Assembly (NCBI GenBank): GCA_031373785.1
Contig: JANMNE010000183.1
Span: 15,729 to 79,728, forward strand
DNA from: Ilumatobacteraceae bacterium
GTDB lineage: Bacteria; Actinomycetota; Acidimicrobiia; Acidimicrobiales; Ilumatobacteraceae
DNA: 64,000 nucleotides
Reading direction: 5' to 3'
Positions within the stretch are counted from its first letter, which is position 1. Each line of letters begins with the position of its first letter. The translations under genes and the position numbers were made by a program. A model generated the notes under the pieces. It ran no database searches. It was not told the origin of the DNA and saw only the letters and a program-made list of their open reading frames with translations. This document shows positions 53,987 to 63,968 of this stretch, piece after piece.

Positions 53987-54006
53987 TCATATTGTCGACC
54001 TGATGA
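53987..54006. promoter_or_regulatory. imperfect inverted repeat in the arsR-sulP promoter region (candidate ArsR operator)
   Basis: TCAT-ATT-GTCGAC-CTG-ATGA lies 16 nt upstream of the arsR start, in the only AT-rich stretch of this intergenic region. Confidence 0.3.
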
Positions 54007-54030
54007 ACGATATCTCCCAGGGTTGTGCTG

Positions 54031-54663
54031 TCAGGGCACGCTGGGATCGCGCCGACAGGAGACATCGCCGAACCAGGCGACGGCCCCACTACGCAATCCG
54101 AACTGCAGCGCCACCGGTGAAGCGACTTCGATAGCGTCTCCGATCTCGACTGCGGTGCCGTAGGCCGCGAGTACCTCGCCGCGAGTCGAATCAATCGTGA
54201 TGCCGTGTGGCGCCACCAGCTGCGTGAAGCCGATCGCCGGGCCACCGGTGTATTGCCACGTGGTCAGTTTCGCCGCGCCGGCCGATGGCCCCTCGAACAT
54301 CAGACTCAAGTTGGTTGACTCGATCACCCAGTGCTCGCCGCCGCCCAGGCATGGGTGCATCGCAATCGCTCCGCTCGAGTTGCTCGGCTGGGCAGTCGGC
54401 TCTACGACCGGTGTCAGACCCAGCGTGCGAAGGGCGTCCGCGAGTGACGACCCCACGCCGATTCCGAGAAGCCGTCCGTGCGCGACCAGCAGCGGAACAG
54501 AAAGGTCGGCGGTGCTCGAAGTTGCTGCAACGTCGGTCGCGGCAGCTGCGACGTGTGGTGTGAACGCGGCCAAGCCTGCTGATGGCTGGGCGTGCTCTTG
54601 CACCCCGCAGGCTCCCAACGTGGCGACTGCCATGGCTACGACGCCGACCAGACTGATGTTCAT
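54031..54663 (-). CDS. lipoprotein of unknown function (210 aa)
   Basis: MNISLVGVVAMAVATLGAC|G contains a lipobox. The ORF-track N-terminal extension is Arg/Pro-rich and is rejected. Confidence 0.6.
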   Translation of the reverse strand: MNISLVGVVAMAVATLGACGVQEHAQPSAGLAAFTPHVAAAATDVAATSSTADLSVPLLVAHGRLLGIGVGSSLADALRTLGLTPVVEPTAQPSNSSGAIAMHPCLGGGEHWVIESTNLSLMFEGPSAGAAKLTTWQYTGGPAIGFTQLVAPHGITIDSTRGEVLAAYGTAVEIGDAIEVASPVALQFGLRSGAVAWFGDVSCRRDPSVP

Positions 54664-54762
54664 CCGCACGTGCGAATGGTGCCCGTTGTGGGCGCGATCG
54701 AAACGCGGAAGTCGCGGCCGCCGCCGACCCATGTCACGCCGTCGCCGGGGGTACGGTGCGAC

Positions 54763-54930
54763 ATGGCCGTTCAACGCAAGTCAACGAAGCCGGTAGGCAT
54801 CACCAACTCGTCTGGGCAACCCGAAATCGTGTTGGAGATCGATGGTCTGACGATCTCGATGACCCCACCCGGCACAGCGCCGGCGCCGCCTCCGGCCGAC
54901 GTCGGTGAGAGCGACCCCGAGGAAGCGTGA
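54763..54930 (+). CDS. possible small protein (55 aa) translationally coupled to the DUF1810 gene, uncertain
   Basis: MAVQRKSTKPVGITNSSGQPEIVLEIDGLTISMTPPGTAPAPPPADVGESDPEEA. The stop overlaps GTG 54927 (GTGA). GC3 looks moderately high. No family recognised. Confidence 0.25.
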   Translation: MAVQRKSTKPVGITNSSGQPEIVLEIDGLTISMTPPGTAPAPPPADVGESDPEEA

Positions 54931-55394
54931 CCGTCGATCTGCGCCGCTTCGTCGAGGCGCAGCACGACAGCTTCGATCGCGCTCTCGGTGAGATCGAGGC
55001 GGGCCGCAAGCTGTCGCATTGGATGTGGTACACCTTCCCGCAAGTCAGTGGACTGGGTGTCAGTCCGATCTCGCAGCGCTACTCGATCGCCAGCGTGGAG
55101 GAAGCAACGGCCTACCTGCTGCACCCCGTGCTCGGCGCCGGATACCTGCGACTCGTCGATGCCGTGTGGCGCCAGGTGATCGAGGAAGGGGTCACTGTCG
55201 GCGCACTGTTCGGGTCGCCCGACAATTCCAAGCTGGTCTCGTCGCTGACCCTGTTCACAGCGGTCGCCCGTCGCCTCGATCCGTCACGACCCGATCTGGC
55301 TGCCTTCGTGACGCGCGCCGAGGAGATCCTCGACAGGGCCTCCACCGAGGGCCTCGCCCGTTGCACGACCAGCGAGGGCTTCATCGGCCGATGA
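54927..55394 (+). CDS. DUF1810 family protein
   Basis: LRRFVEAQHDSFDRALGEIEAGRKLSHWMWYTFPQVSGLGVSPISQRYSIASVEEATAYLLHPVLG is the characteristic DUF1810 N-terminal half. Confidence 0.75.
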   Translation: MTVDLRRFVEAQHDSFDRALGEIEAGRKLSHWMWYTFPQVSGLGVSPISQRYSIASVEEATAYLLHPVLGAGYLRLVDAVWRQVIEEGVTVGALFGSPDNSKLVSSLTLFTAVARRLDPSRPDLAAFVTRAEEILDRASTEGLARCTTSEGFIGR

Positions 55395-55444
55395 CCGACG
55401 TCTTCGAGGTCGGGCAGCCGCTGCGCATGTGAGAGATTCGCGAG

Positions 55445-57709
55445 GTGAGCACCCACTTGCCCCGCACAGACCGACGAGAGGACGGCCCACTGATCGTGGG
55501 TCGAGGGACGTTCATCGACGGCCTGCGCTTACCCGAATTGGACGGAGCGCTGCACGCCGTGTTCGTTCGAGCGATCGAGCCCCACGGTCGCCTTCTCTCG
55601 ATCGACACGTCGGAGGCGACGTCGATGCCAGGCGTCGTCGCCGTGCTCACCGGTGCCGACCTGACCGACGTGTGGGTGCTGCCGCCCCGATTGCCCACGG
55701 CGAACAAGGCGATGGTGCGTCCGATGATGGCGCAGGACGTGGTGCGCTTCGTCGGCGAACCGGTGGCCATCGTGGTGGCCGAGACGCGTGTGCAGGCAGC
55801 CGATGCGGCCGAGGTCGTGATTGTCGGCACCGAACCACTGGCGCCGGTGATCGATCTCGAAGACTCGTTGCGCGGCGAGGTGCTGGTGCACGAAACGGCT
55901 GGTTCCAACGTGTCGTACGAGTGGTCGATGCCGCCGTTCGAGGACGATCCGTTCGCGGCGTGCGACGTGGTCGAGGAGTTCACCATGCGCCACCCCCGTC
56001 TGCACGCTGGGGCGATGGAGCCCCGCGCCGCCGCGGCCGTGTGGGGCGACGACGCGCAGTGCACGGTCTGGGTGTGTTCGCAGCGACCTGCCGGCGCGAA
56101 GTATGTGATCGAGTGCGCGCTCGGCCTCGCGCCGGGCACGGTCCGAGCGATCACGCCTGACGTCGGCGGTGGGTTCGGATCGAAGGGTGGGTACGGATGC
56201 CAGCCCGAAGACGTGGTGATCGTCTGGGCGGCGCGTCGGCTGGGCCGAGCGGTGCGGTGGGTGGAGACGCGGTCGGAGTCCATGCTGAGCATGGGTCATG
56301 GCCGGGCGTCGACCCACCGGGTCCGGATCGGAGGCACGTCGGACGGCAAGGTCTTGGCGTACGAGGTGACAGCGGTGCAGGACAGCGGCGCGTACCCGGC
56401 GATGGGAACCTTCATCACGGGGAACCTGCGCAACTCGGGCACCGGCGTGTACGACATCCCCACGGCACGCGCCAGCGGTCGATCGGTGGCGACCAACACA
56501 GCATCGACGATGGCCCTGCGCGGTGCGGGTCGCCCGGAGGCATCGTGCGACATCGAACGGGCGATGGACCGGTATGGCGCACGGATCGGGCTCGACCCGG
56601 TCGAGGTGCGTCGCCGCAACCTCGTGCCGCCCGAGGCGTTCCCGTACACGACAGCGATGGGCTCGACGTACGACAGCGGTCGGTACGCCGACGCGCTCGA
56701 TCGCTGCGTGGAGGCCGCCGGGTACGAGGCGTTGCGGGCCGAGCAGGCGGAGTTGCGTCGCCAGGGAGGCGCGATTCGACTGGGCGTCGGCGTGAGTTGC
56801 ACCGTCGAGATCACCGGAGGCGGCGAGGGCGAGCATGCTTCGGTCACCGTCGATCCGCAAGGTCATGTCACCGTGGTGGTCGGCACGTCACCACACGGTC
56901 AGGCTCACGAGACCACGTTCGCTGCGCTGGTCGGCGATGAGCTGGGCATCGTCAGCGACCAGGTCCGCGTGCTGCACAGCGACACAGCGCTGTCGCCGAC
57001 CGGCGGCGGAACCATCGGGTCGCGCTCGGCACAGCTGGGTGGGTCGGCCGCGTATGGCGCGGCACGCGATGTGATCGAGTTGGCCAAGCACGCCGCTGCC
57101 GAACGGTTGGAAGCGGCCGTCGCCGACATCGTGTTCGAGCGGGCCGATGGCCGGTTCCACGTCGCCGGGACACCGACACGCGATGTCGGCTGGACCGATC
57201 TCGGCCCGTTGTCCGCCGATCACCGGTTCAAGCCCAACGGAGGCGCCGGCACGTTCGCGTTCGGGGCATGCGTGGCAACGATCGAACTCGACATCGAGAC
57301 GGGCGAGGTGCGGGTGCGGTCCCTCGTCGCGGTCGACGACGCCGGCACGTTGCTGCAACCACAGCTGGCCGAGGGACAGGTGCACGGTGGCCTGGGTATG
57401 GCGGTCGCCGCGTCGATTTATGAGGAGATGGTGTACGGCGACAACGGTGTGCCGCTCAGCGGCAACCTCGCCGACTATGCGTTGATATCCGCCGCGGAGC
57501 TGCCGAGCTTCGAGACGCACGAGATGGAGACACCTTCGCCGTGGAACCCTCTGGGTGTGAAAGGCGTCGGCGAATCCGGCACGGTGGTGGGCACGCCTGC
57601 CCTGCAGAGCGCAGTGCTCGATGCCCTGCGCGAGTTCGGGGTCGAGCATCTCGACCTGCCGTACACGCCAGTCCGCGTCTGGACGGCACTCTCGGTGGGC
57701 AAGGGCTAG
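55445..57709 (+). CDS. xanthine dehydrogenase/CO dehydrogenase-family molybdopterin-binding large subunit (CoxL-like), with no adjacent FAD or 2Fe-2S subunits
   Basis: 754 aa. The N-terminal a/b-hammerhead is GRGTFIDGL...AVFVRA...HGRLLSID...MPGVVAVLTGADL. Also GGGFGSKGG, ALRGAGRPEA, and the C-terminal VDDAGTLLQPQLAEGQVHGG...PLGVKGVGESG. Confidence 0.85.
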   Translation: MSTHLPRTDRREDGPLIVGRGTFIDGLRLPELDGALHAVFVRAIEPHGRLLSIDTSEATSMPGVVAVLTGADLTDVWVLPPRLPTANKAMVRPMMAQDVVRFVGEPVAIVVAETRVQAADAAEVVIVGTEPLAPVIDLEDSLRGEVLVHETAGSNVSYEWSMPPFEDDPFAACDVVEEFTMRHPRLHAGAMEPRAAAAVWGDDAQCTVWVCSQRPAGAKYVIECALGLAPGTVRAITPDVGGGFGSKGGYGCQPEDVVIVWAARRLGRAVRWVETRSESMLSMGHGRASTHRVRIGGTSDGKVLAYEVTAVQDSGAYPAMGTFITGNLRNSGTGVYDIPTARASGRSVATNTASTMALRGAGRPEASCDIERAMDRYGARIGLDPVEVRRRNLVPPEAFPYTTAMGSTYDSGRYADALDRCVEAAGYEALRAEQAELRRQGGAIRLGVGVSCTVEITGGGEGEHASVTVDPQGHVTVVVGTSPHGQAHETTFAALVGDELGIVSDQVRVLHSDTALSPTGGGTIGSRSAQLGGSAAYGAARDVIELAKHAAAERLEAAVADIVFERADGRFHVAGTPTRDVGWTDLGPLSADHRFKPNGGAGTFAFGACVATIELDIETGEVRVRSLVAVDDAGTLLQPQLAEGQVHGGLGMAVAASIYEEMVYGDNGVPLSGNLADYALISAAELPSFETHEMETPSPWNPLGVKGVGESGTVVGTPALQSAVLDALREFGVEHLDLPYTPVRVWTALSVGKG

Positions 57710-57922
57710 TGCCCTGACAAGCAACGTTCGCCCTGCTCGACGGATGCCCCGACCCGGCCTTGCTGGGAAGCAGCGGATTCGTTCGGTGCTCCTGCGTCCG
57801 TCTGGGGCATATCACCGAGGTGCCGGACGAATACCGAACGAAGGTTGGCGGCCGAGGGCGAGCTCCCCGGCGCGGGACGTTGTGCCCTGGTGATCGCCGG
57901 GACAATCGATGAGTCTGTGACT

Positions 57923-58333
57923 ATGAGACTGGAGATCACCCGCAGGGCGGAGCTGGCAGTCCGTGCCATGGTCACCCTGGGTGACACCACCGGGCGATTG
58001 AAGGCACCGGCACTGGCCGACGCGCTCGGAACGACCTCGGGGTTCGTCCCACAAGTGGTCGGGCCATTGGTCAAGGCCGGCTGGGTTCGATCGGATCCTG
58101 GACCGACCGGGGGCTACCGGAGTTGCGTCGACCTTGGTCAGGTCAGTGTGCTGGAAGTCATCGAGGCAGTCGATGGTGCGACGGACGGCGGTCGGTGCGT
58201 CGTGGCTGATCGTGCCTGCGACGGCGTGGCACCGTGCTCGCTGCACGTCGCCTGGACGAAGGCGCGGCACGAGTTGGTCGAAGTGCTCGGTGGCACCTCG
58301 TTGTCCGACATTGCGATGGGAGCAACATCATGA
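57923..58333 (+). CDS. nsrR: Rrf2-family regulator, NsrR-like
   Basis: MRLEITRRAELAVRAMVTLG...LADALGTTSGFVPQVVGPLVKAGWVRSDPGPTGGYR, plus a three-Cys cluster CVVADRACDGVAPC. The stop overlaps the next start (ATGA). Confidence 0.75.
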   Translation: MRLEITRRAELAVRAMVTLGDTTGRLKAPALADALGTTSGFVPQVVGPLVKAGWVRSDPGPTGGYRSCVDLGQVSVLEVIEAVDGATDGGRCVVADRACDGVAPCSLHVAWTKARHELVEVLGGTSLSDIAMGATS

Positions 58334-59043
58334 ACACAATCGATACGACGATGACCTTGGCTGCATTGGTCGACGCTCACCCGCAGCTGGCCCGAGAGTT
58401 CGAGCGGCACGGCCTCGACTACTGCTGCGGTGGTCAGCAGTCGCTCGCCGACGCGTGCACCGGCCGTGGCCTCGACGCCTCGACGTTCAACGACCTCGCT
58501 GCGGCGATCACCGAGGACGATGCCAGCGACTGGTCGACGTTCAGTGCGACAGACCTCGTCGATCACCTCGAGGCCATCCATCACCGGTACTTGTGGGGCG
58601 AGATGCCGCGCCTGTCGGCACTCATCGCCAAGGTCATGTCGGTCCACGGCCTGCGTCACCCGGAACTGGCCGACATCGCCTCGTGCTACGAGGAGGCGAG
58701 GGCCGATCTCGAGCCACACATGCTGAAGGAGGAGCGCGTGCTGTTCCCGATGATCCGCGAGCTCGCCGTGGCCACCGAACCGCCGTCGTTCCACTGCGGC
58801 ACGCTGCGCAACCCGATCTCGATGATGCTGCGCGAGCACGACGTGGTCGGCGGACTGCTCGCCCGGCTTCGTCAGCTGACAAACGGGTACGAGACGCCCG
58901 CCGACGGCTGCGCGTCGTATGCGGCGTGTTTCGCTGCGCTCGCCGAGTTGGAAGCCGACACGCATCTGCACATCCACAAGGAGAACAACGTGTTGTTCCC
59001 GCTCGTGCTGCGGATGGAGTCCATGCTGGCGGTCCACGGATGA
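58330..59043 (+). CDS. ric: iron-sulfur cluster repair di-iron protein (RIC/YtfE/ScdA family)
   Basis: N-terminal ScdA_N motif FERHGLDYCCGG. Hemerythrin-like repeats HHRYLWGEMPRL...HMLKEERVLFPMI and HLHIHKENNVLFPLV. The stop overlaps the next start (ATGA). Confidence 0.85.
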   Translation: MNTIDTTMTLAALVDAHPQLAREFERHGLDYCCGGQQSLADACTGRGLDASTFNDLAAAITEDDASDWSTFSATDLVDHLEAIHHRYLWGEMPRLSALIAKVMSVHGLRHPELADIASCYEEARADLEPHMLKEERVLFPMIRELAVATEPPSFHCGTLRNPISMMLREHDVVGGLLARLRQLTNGYETPADGCASYAACFAALAELEADTHLHIHKENNVLFPLVLRMESMLAVHG

Positions 59044-59525
59044 AGACCGCGTGCGATGAGGGTGGCGACTCGCCGTGTTGGGCGCATCTGTTCGAGATGC
59101 CGACCGCTGATATCAGCGACCGCGACGACGTCGAACGGTTCGTCCGTGACTTCTACCGGCAAGCTGCGATGGACGATGTGCTCGGTCCGGTGTTCGCTGC
59201 CGAGGACGTCAACTGGAACGCGCACATCGAGACCTTGACCGAGTTCTGGTCGTGGCAACTCTTCGGTGTTCGCGGGTACGAGGGCAACCCGTTGCGCGCC
59301 CACGAGCCGATCCATGAGCGCACCCCATTCACCCCGGCGCACTACGCGCGTTGGCTGGAGTTGCTGGAAGAGACCGTTGATTCGTTGTTCGCTGGGCCGG
59401 TCGCCGAGTTGACCAAGTCTCGGGCGCGCAAGATGGCGGTGGCGATGAACCGACTGCTCAGCGGTAGCTCCGATGCCGGTGACGCACCAACCGAGGTGAT
59501 GTGGGTGGCCGCCGGTGAGCCCTGA
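59040..59525 (+). CDS. group III truncated haemoglobin-like globin
   Basis: VERFVRDFYRQAAMDDVLGPVF...WNAHIETLTEFWSWQLFGVRGYEGNPLRAH...FTPAHYARWLELLEETV. Confidence 0.7.
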   Translation: MKTACDEGGDSPCWAHLFEMPTADISDRDDVERFVRDFYRQAAMDDVLGPVFAAEDVNWNAHIETLTEFWSWQLFGVRGYEGNPLRAHEPIHERTPFTPAHYARWLELLEETVDSLFAGPVAELTKSRARKMAVAMNRLLSGSSDAGDAPTEVMWVAAGEP

Positions 59526-59570
59526 GTTGATCCGGTTCAGCCCCTCTCGACGCAGGGTTAGTGTCGCAGC

Positions 59571-60608
59571 ATGACCTCGGCCGCAGCTCGACTGGATCGC
59601 CGGGGAGTGGTGTGGGGCATCGTCTCGGTCGCGATCGTGCTCGCCCTCTCCTTCATTGGCAGCGATCGCCTGGTGTGGTTCGACGCAGCGCTCGTTGGAT
59701 ACCTGTTCGGCATCGTGTTCGCCGTCTTCGGCGTTGTCTACCGGTACGCCGTGTGGCTACGACGCCCACCGACGGCCATGTTGAATCGTCGAGGGTGGGA
59801 TGCCTTTCGCCAGCGAAAGTTGCGCAATGCCGCGGCGCTGCCGTCGCTGGTCGCGACCCAGTTGTTGGCGCAGGGCTTCATCCGCCGTCGGTCGCGGGCG
59901 CGCTGGATGGCACACCAGTTCGTGTTCTGGGGTTGCATCCTCGCTGCGCTCATCACGTTCCCGCTGACGCTCGGGCTGCTGCACTTCGAGAGCGTCGGTC
60001 AGCAGGCAGATCGGTACCAGGTCTTCTTCTCGCGCATTGGAACGCTGCGCTTCGACGCCGGCAGCATCGTCGGCTGGTTGATCTTCCACGGGCTCGACAT
60101 CGCGGCGGTACTGGTGCTCGCCGGCGTCTTCATCTTCCTTCGACGCAGGTTGCGCGACCCGGGCGCGTTGGCAACGGAACGGTCGGGTGACTTCCTCGCG
60201 TTGGCCGGTCTGTTCGCCGTCTCGGTGACTGGGTTGTTCCTCACCGTGTCGAGCACGTGGCTGCAGGGCCGTTTCTATTCGGCGCTGAACACGATTCACG
60301 CGCTCACCGTGATCCTCGGCCTCATGTATCTCCCGTTCGGCAAGTTGTTCCACATCTTCCAGCGCCCCGGCAACCTCGGTGTGGCCTACTACAAGAGAGC
60401 CAACGACGAAGGCCCACCCGCCGTGTGTCGTCGTTGCGGTGAAGGTTTCGCCAGTGCACAACAGATCGCAGACCTGCGCGAAGTCCTTCCCCAAGTGGGC
60501 TTCGACTACGGCCTGACCGACGGCGGCAACTACCAGGACACGTGCCCACGGTGCCGCCGCGCGCAGGTGACGCTGGCACAATCGTCGCGGGTCGGAGGTT
60601 TCGGCTGA
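59571..60608 (+). CDS. NarI/HdrE/DsrM-like membrane cytochrome b-type subunit with a C-terminal 4-Cys (zinc-ribbon-like) tail
   Basis: About 6 TM segments. [39 protein letters not shown] (the PF.KL.H motif of NarI-like proteins), and CRRCGEGF...CPRCRR. The stop overlaps the next start (TGATG). Confidence 0.55.
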   Translation: MTSAAARLDRRGVVWGIVSVAIVLALSFIGSDRLVWFDAALVGYLFGIVFAVFGVVYRYAVWLRRPPTAMLNRRGWDAFRQRKLRNAAALPSLVATQLLAQGFIRRRSRARWMAHQFVFWGCILAALITFPLTLGLLHFESVGQQADRYQVFFSRIGTLRFDAGSIVGWLIFHGLDIAAVLVLAGVFIFLRRRLRDPGALATERSGDFLALAGLFAVSVTGLFLTVSSTWLQGRFYSALNTIHALTVILGLMYLPFGKLFHIFQRPGNLGVAYYKRANDEGPPAVCRRCGEGFASAQQIADLREVLPQVGFDYGLTDGGNYQDTCPRCRRAQVTLAQSSRVGGFG

Positions 60609-62839
60609 TGGCTCACCCACCGATCACCGACGAGGAACTGATCGCTCGCTATGGACCGCACCTCAACGAGGCGCCGCCCGGTGGATGGAACGCCGGGCTG
60701 GAGGTCGACAGCGTGGTGCAGACGCACTGTTGCTTCTGCGGCCAGCAGTGCGGCATCAAGCTGAAGGTCCGCGACAACGAGGTGGTCGGCTTCGAACCGT
60801 GGTACGAGTTTCCGTTCAACGAAGGCAAGCTGTGCCCGAAGGGCGTCAAACGGTACCTGCAGGGCAATCACCCCGACCGGTTGCTGCAGCCGATGGAACG
60901 CGACCCATCGGCTCCTGGCGGGTTCCGATCGATCACGTGGGACGCTGCTCTCGACAAGGTGGTCAGCGAGATCCGCCGCATCCAGGCGGCCTTCGGCGAC
61001 GACGCGTTCGCGATGTTGTCGGGCGTGTCGCTGACGAACGAGAAGAGCTACCTGATCGGCAAGTTCGCCCGGCTCGCGCTGCACACCGCGAACCTCGACT
61101 ACAACGGCCGGTTCTGCATGGTGTCTGCCGGCGCCGGCAACAAGAAGGCTCTCGGGGTCGACCGGGCTCCGAACCCATGGAGCGACATCCCGCTGGCTGA
61201 TGTGGTGTGGATCGCCGGATCCAACGTCGCCGAGACGTTCCCGATCACGACGAGCTACATCTGGCGAGCGCGCGATCGTGGCGCCAAGTTGATCGTGCAG
61301 GATCCGCGTGTCGTCCCGTTGGCCCGGACAGCGGATCTCTTCCTTCCCGTGCGACCGGGCAGCGACTCGGCGCTCTTCGGCGCGGTGCTGCACACCCTGA
61401 TCCGTCACGACTGGCTCGACCACGAGTTCATCGACGCCCACACGGTCGCGTTCGACGAGGCTGCTGCAGCCGTCGCCGAGATGACCCCGCAATGGGCAGC
61501 AGGCATCACCGGTGTGCCCGCTGCGCGCATCGAGGAGGCCGCCGAGTTGTGGGGAACAGCGGCCACAGGGATGCTGCTGCACGCGCGTGGTATCGAGCAG
61601 CACACCAAGGGAGTCGACAACGTGTTGGCGGCGATCAACCTCGGGCTGGCGACCGGTAAGTTCGGCAAGCCGGGTTGTGGTGTGTCGACGATCACCGGGC
61701 AGGGCAACGGTCAGGGCGGCCGAGAGCACGGCCACAAGTGCGACCAACTGCCCGGCAACCGCGACATCACGAACCCCGAGCACCGCGCCCACGTCGCCAA
61801 GGTATGGGGATGCGAGGAATCGGAGATCCCCGGCAAGGGGATCCCGGCGGAGGAGATCATCGAAGCGATCCACGCGGGTGAGATCAAGGGCCTGCTGTCG
61901 ATCTGCTTCAACCCGGTCGTGTCGGCACCGGATTCGAACTTCACCCGCGAGGCGTTCGACAAGCTCGAGTTCTACGCGGTGATCGACTTCTTCTTGTCCG
62001 AGACCGCACAGCACGCCGATGTCGTGCTGCCGGGGTCGCTCCACGAAGAGGACGAAGGCACATCCACCAGTGGCGAGGGTCGGATCATCAAGATCAACGC
62101 CGCCGTCACCCCGCCCGGTGATGCCCACCTCGACTGGCAGATCCTGCTCGACATTGCCCAACGCCTCGGCAAGCAGCAGTACTTCTCCTACAGCAACACC
62201 GAGGAGATCTTCGAGGAGCTCCGCCTTGCGTCAGCCGGTGGTACGGCCGATTACCGGGGCGCAACCTGGCAGCGGATCGAGGACGAGATGGGGTTGTTCT
62301 GGCCGATCCCCGAGGTGGGCCACCCCGGTACACCGCGCCTGTTCGAGGGCGGGAGGTTCTTCCATCCCGATGGCAAGGCGAGGTTCCACGGCGTGCCTTT
62401 CCGCGAGTCGGCGGAGGTCGTCGACGACGAGTACCCGATCTGGCTCACCACGGGGCGGGTCGTCAGCCAGTACCTCTCCGGGACACAGACCCGGCGGATC
62501 GCTGCGCTGGTCGCGCAGTACCCCGAGCCGTTGTGTGAGATGCATCCACAACTCGCCGAGCGACTGGGGGTCGCCGACGGCGACAACGTCGCGGTGACGT
62601 CGCGCCGTGGCACGATCACGCTGCCCGCGCACGTGGTCAACACCATCCGACCCGACACGGTGTTCATCCCGTACCACTGGCCCGGTGCGAAGGCCGCCAA
62701 CCAGCTCACCAACCGAGCGGTTGATCCGATCTCCAAGATGCCCGAGTTCAAGGTGGCTGCGGTTCGTATCCTTCGAGTCGGCGGCCGAACCGACACGACC
62801 GATGCACGCGATCTCGAACTGCAGGGAGGCGAGCCGTGA
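60608..62839 (+). CDS. molybdopterin (bis-MGD, MopB-superfamily) oxidoreductase catalytic subunit, no Tat signal (743 aa)
   Basis: The N-terminal 4Fe-4S motif is [13 protein letters not shown]...GKLCPKG. Also [35 protein letters not shown], and a C-terminal beta-barrel [14 protein letters not shown]...[24 protein letters not shown]...IPYHW. There is no in-frame TGA. Confidence 0.85.
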   Translation: MAHPPITDEELIARYGPHLNEAPPGGWNAGLEVDSVVQTHCCFCGQQCGIKLKVRDNEVVGFEPWYEFPFNEGKLCPKGVKRYLQGNHPDRLLQPMERDPSAPGGFRSITWDAALDKVVSEIRRIQAAFGDDAFAMLSGVSLTNEKSYLIGKFARLALHTANLDYNGRFCMVSAGAGNKKALGVDRAPNPWSDIPLADVVWIAGSNVAETFPITTSYIWRARDRGAKLIVQDPRVVPLARTADLFLPVRPGSDSALFGAVLHTLIRHDWLDHEFIDAHTVAFDEAAAAVAEMTPQWAAGITGVPAARIEEAAELWGTAATGMLLHARGIEQHTKGVDNVLAAINLGLATGKFGKPGCGVSTITGQGNGQGGREHGHKCDQLPGNRDITNPEHRAHVAKVWGCEESEIPGKGIPAEEIIEAIHAGEIKGLLSICFNPVVSAPDSNFTREAFDKLEFYAVIDFFLSETAQHADVVLPGSLHEEDEGTSTSGEGRIIKINAAVTPPGDAHLDWQILLDIAQRLGKQQYFSYSNTEEIFEELRLASAGGTADYRGATWQRIEDEMGLFWPIPEVGHPGTPRLFEGGRFFHPDGKARFHGVPFRESAEVVDDEYPIWLTTGRVVSQYLSGTQTRRIAALVAQYPEPLCEMHPQLAERLGVADGDNVAVTSRRGTITLPAHVVNTIRPDTVFIPYHWPGAKAANQLTNRAVDPISKMPEFKVAAVRILRVGGRTDTTDARDLELQGGEP

Positions 62840-63465
62840 GGTTCGGGATCGATGACTCACCGGTGTTCGTGATCGACCAGAGCCGTTGCATCGGCTGCGA
62901 AGCCTGCGTGCAGGCGTGCATGGAGTGCGGCACCCATCGCGGGCAATCGCTGATCCATCTCGAGCGGATCGATCGAGCGACGACCACACAGACGGCGCCC
63001 ATGGTGTGCATGCATTGCGAAGATCCGACCTGCGCCCACGTCTGCCCGGCTGACGCCATCAAGCAGACCGAGGGCGGCATCGTGCAGTCGGCGTCGAAGC
63101 CTCGGTGCATCGGCTGCTCCAATTGTGTTCTGGCGTGTCCGTTCGGCGTACCGAAGTACATGGCCGAGTTCGATCAGATGATGAAGTGCGACATGTGCAC
63201 CGACCGAACCTCGGAGGGCTATGCACCGATGTGCGCATCGGTGTGCCCCAGCGAAGCGCTGTGGTACGGCACCGTCGAACAGTTCAACACGAACCGTCGT
63301 GGGTCTCTGCTGCGCGACTTCATGTTCGGTCGCCAGCAGGTGCGCACCAAGGTGTACACCGTGGTCGACGACCTGCAGGCCGGGCCGCTCGATGTCGGCG
63401 CAGGTGAACGCCGCAGTTGGCTCGACGACCCGTTCGGCATCGAAGAGGGAGGGCGGCTCTGGTGA
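62836..63465 (+). CDS. 4Fe-4S dicluster (DmsB/HybA/NrfC-like) electron-transfer subunit
   Basis: Four Cys groups: [11 protein letters not shown]...[27 protein letters not shown] and CDMC...C...CP. The GTG start overlaps the upstream stop (GTGA). Confidence 0.85.
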   Translation: MRFGIDDSPVFVIDQSRCIGCEACVQACMECGTHRGQSLIHLERIDRATTTQTAPMVCMHCEDPTCAHVCPADAIKQTEGGIVQSASKPRCIGCSNCVLACPFGVPKYMAEFDQMMKCDMCTDRTSEGYAPMCASVCPSEALWYGTVEQFNTNRRGSLLRDFMFGRQQVRTKVYTVVDDLQAGPLDVGAGERRSWLDDPFGIEEGGRLW

Positions 63466-63968
63466 GCGACACCGATACACCCGTGGACCAACCGGTATGG
63501 AAGCGCGACTTTCCGTACGAAGCTGCCAGCGAAGAAGAGGTGACTCGACGCGAGTTCACGCGGTACCTCGTGCTGGGCGCCGGCACGATGGCCGCTGCCA
63601 ACGTCGGCTTGGCGGTGTGGACCCAACTGCGCAGCATCAACACCGGCGAACCGAGAGCCATCGTCGCGATTGGCGACGTCGCGATCGGTGACAGCTATCT
63701 GTTCCACTACCCGGCCGATCGCGACCCGGCGGTGCTCGTTCGGCTCGCCGAGGCCGATGTCGTTGCGTTCAGCCAGAAGTGCACCCACCTCGGTTGTGTC
63801 GTCTACTACCAGCCCGAGGAAGGACGCTGGCACTGCCCGTGCCACGAGGGCAACTTCGATGTCGCGACGGGTGCCGTTGTCTCTGGACCGCCCACTCGAC
63901 CACTCGGTCGCATCGACGTCGAGATCCGTGATGACGGACAGATCTGGGCGCTCGGGAGGGTGGAATGA
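63462..63968 (+). CDS. Rieske [2Fe-2S] protein with Tat-like signal/anchor
   Basis: GTG 63462 overlaps the upstream stop. [26 protein letters not shown] is an RR motif plus hydrophobic helix. The Rieske boxes are CTHLGC and CPCHEG. Confidence 0.85.
   Translation: MSDTDTPVDQPVWKRDFPYEAASEEEVTRREFTRYLVLGAGTMAAANVGLAVWTQLRSINTGEPRAIVAIGDVAIGDSYLFHYPADRDPAVLVRLAEADVVAFSQKCTHLGCVVYYQPEEGRWHCPCHEGNFDVATGAVVSGPPTRPLGRIDVEIRDDGQIWALGRVE

Noticed and set aside
57778-57842. The 10-bp perfect inverted repeat TTCGTTCGGT ... ACCGAACGAA, separated by 45 nt, between the CoxL-like gene and nsrR.
   Set aside because: The loop is long, there is no U-tract, and it does not resemble the NsrR boxes I know. It could be a weak terminator or chance, and is not supportable as a feature.
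60530-62161. A 543-aa minus-strand ORF opposite the molybdopterin oxidoreductase.
   Set aside because: Same reasoning as above. The plus-strand frame carries unmistakable MopB motifs, and the minus-strand product has none.
60608-62839. I looked for an in-frame TGA (selenocysteine) in the MopB enzyme, as independent evidence that this organism uses Sec.
   Set aside because: The frame is uninterrupted, so it gives no support either way for the bcp UGA hypothesis.
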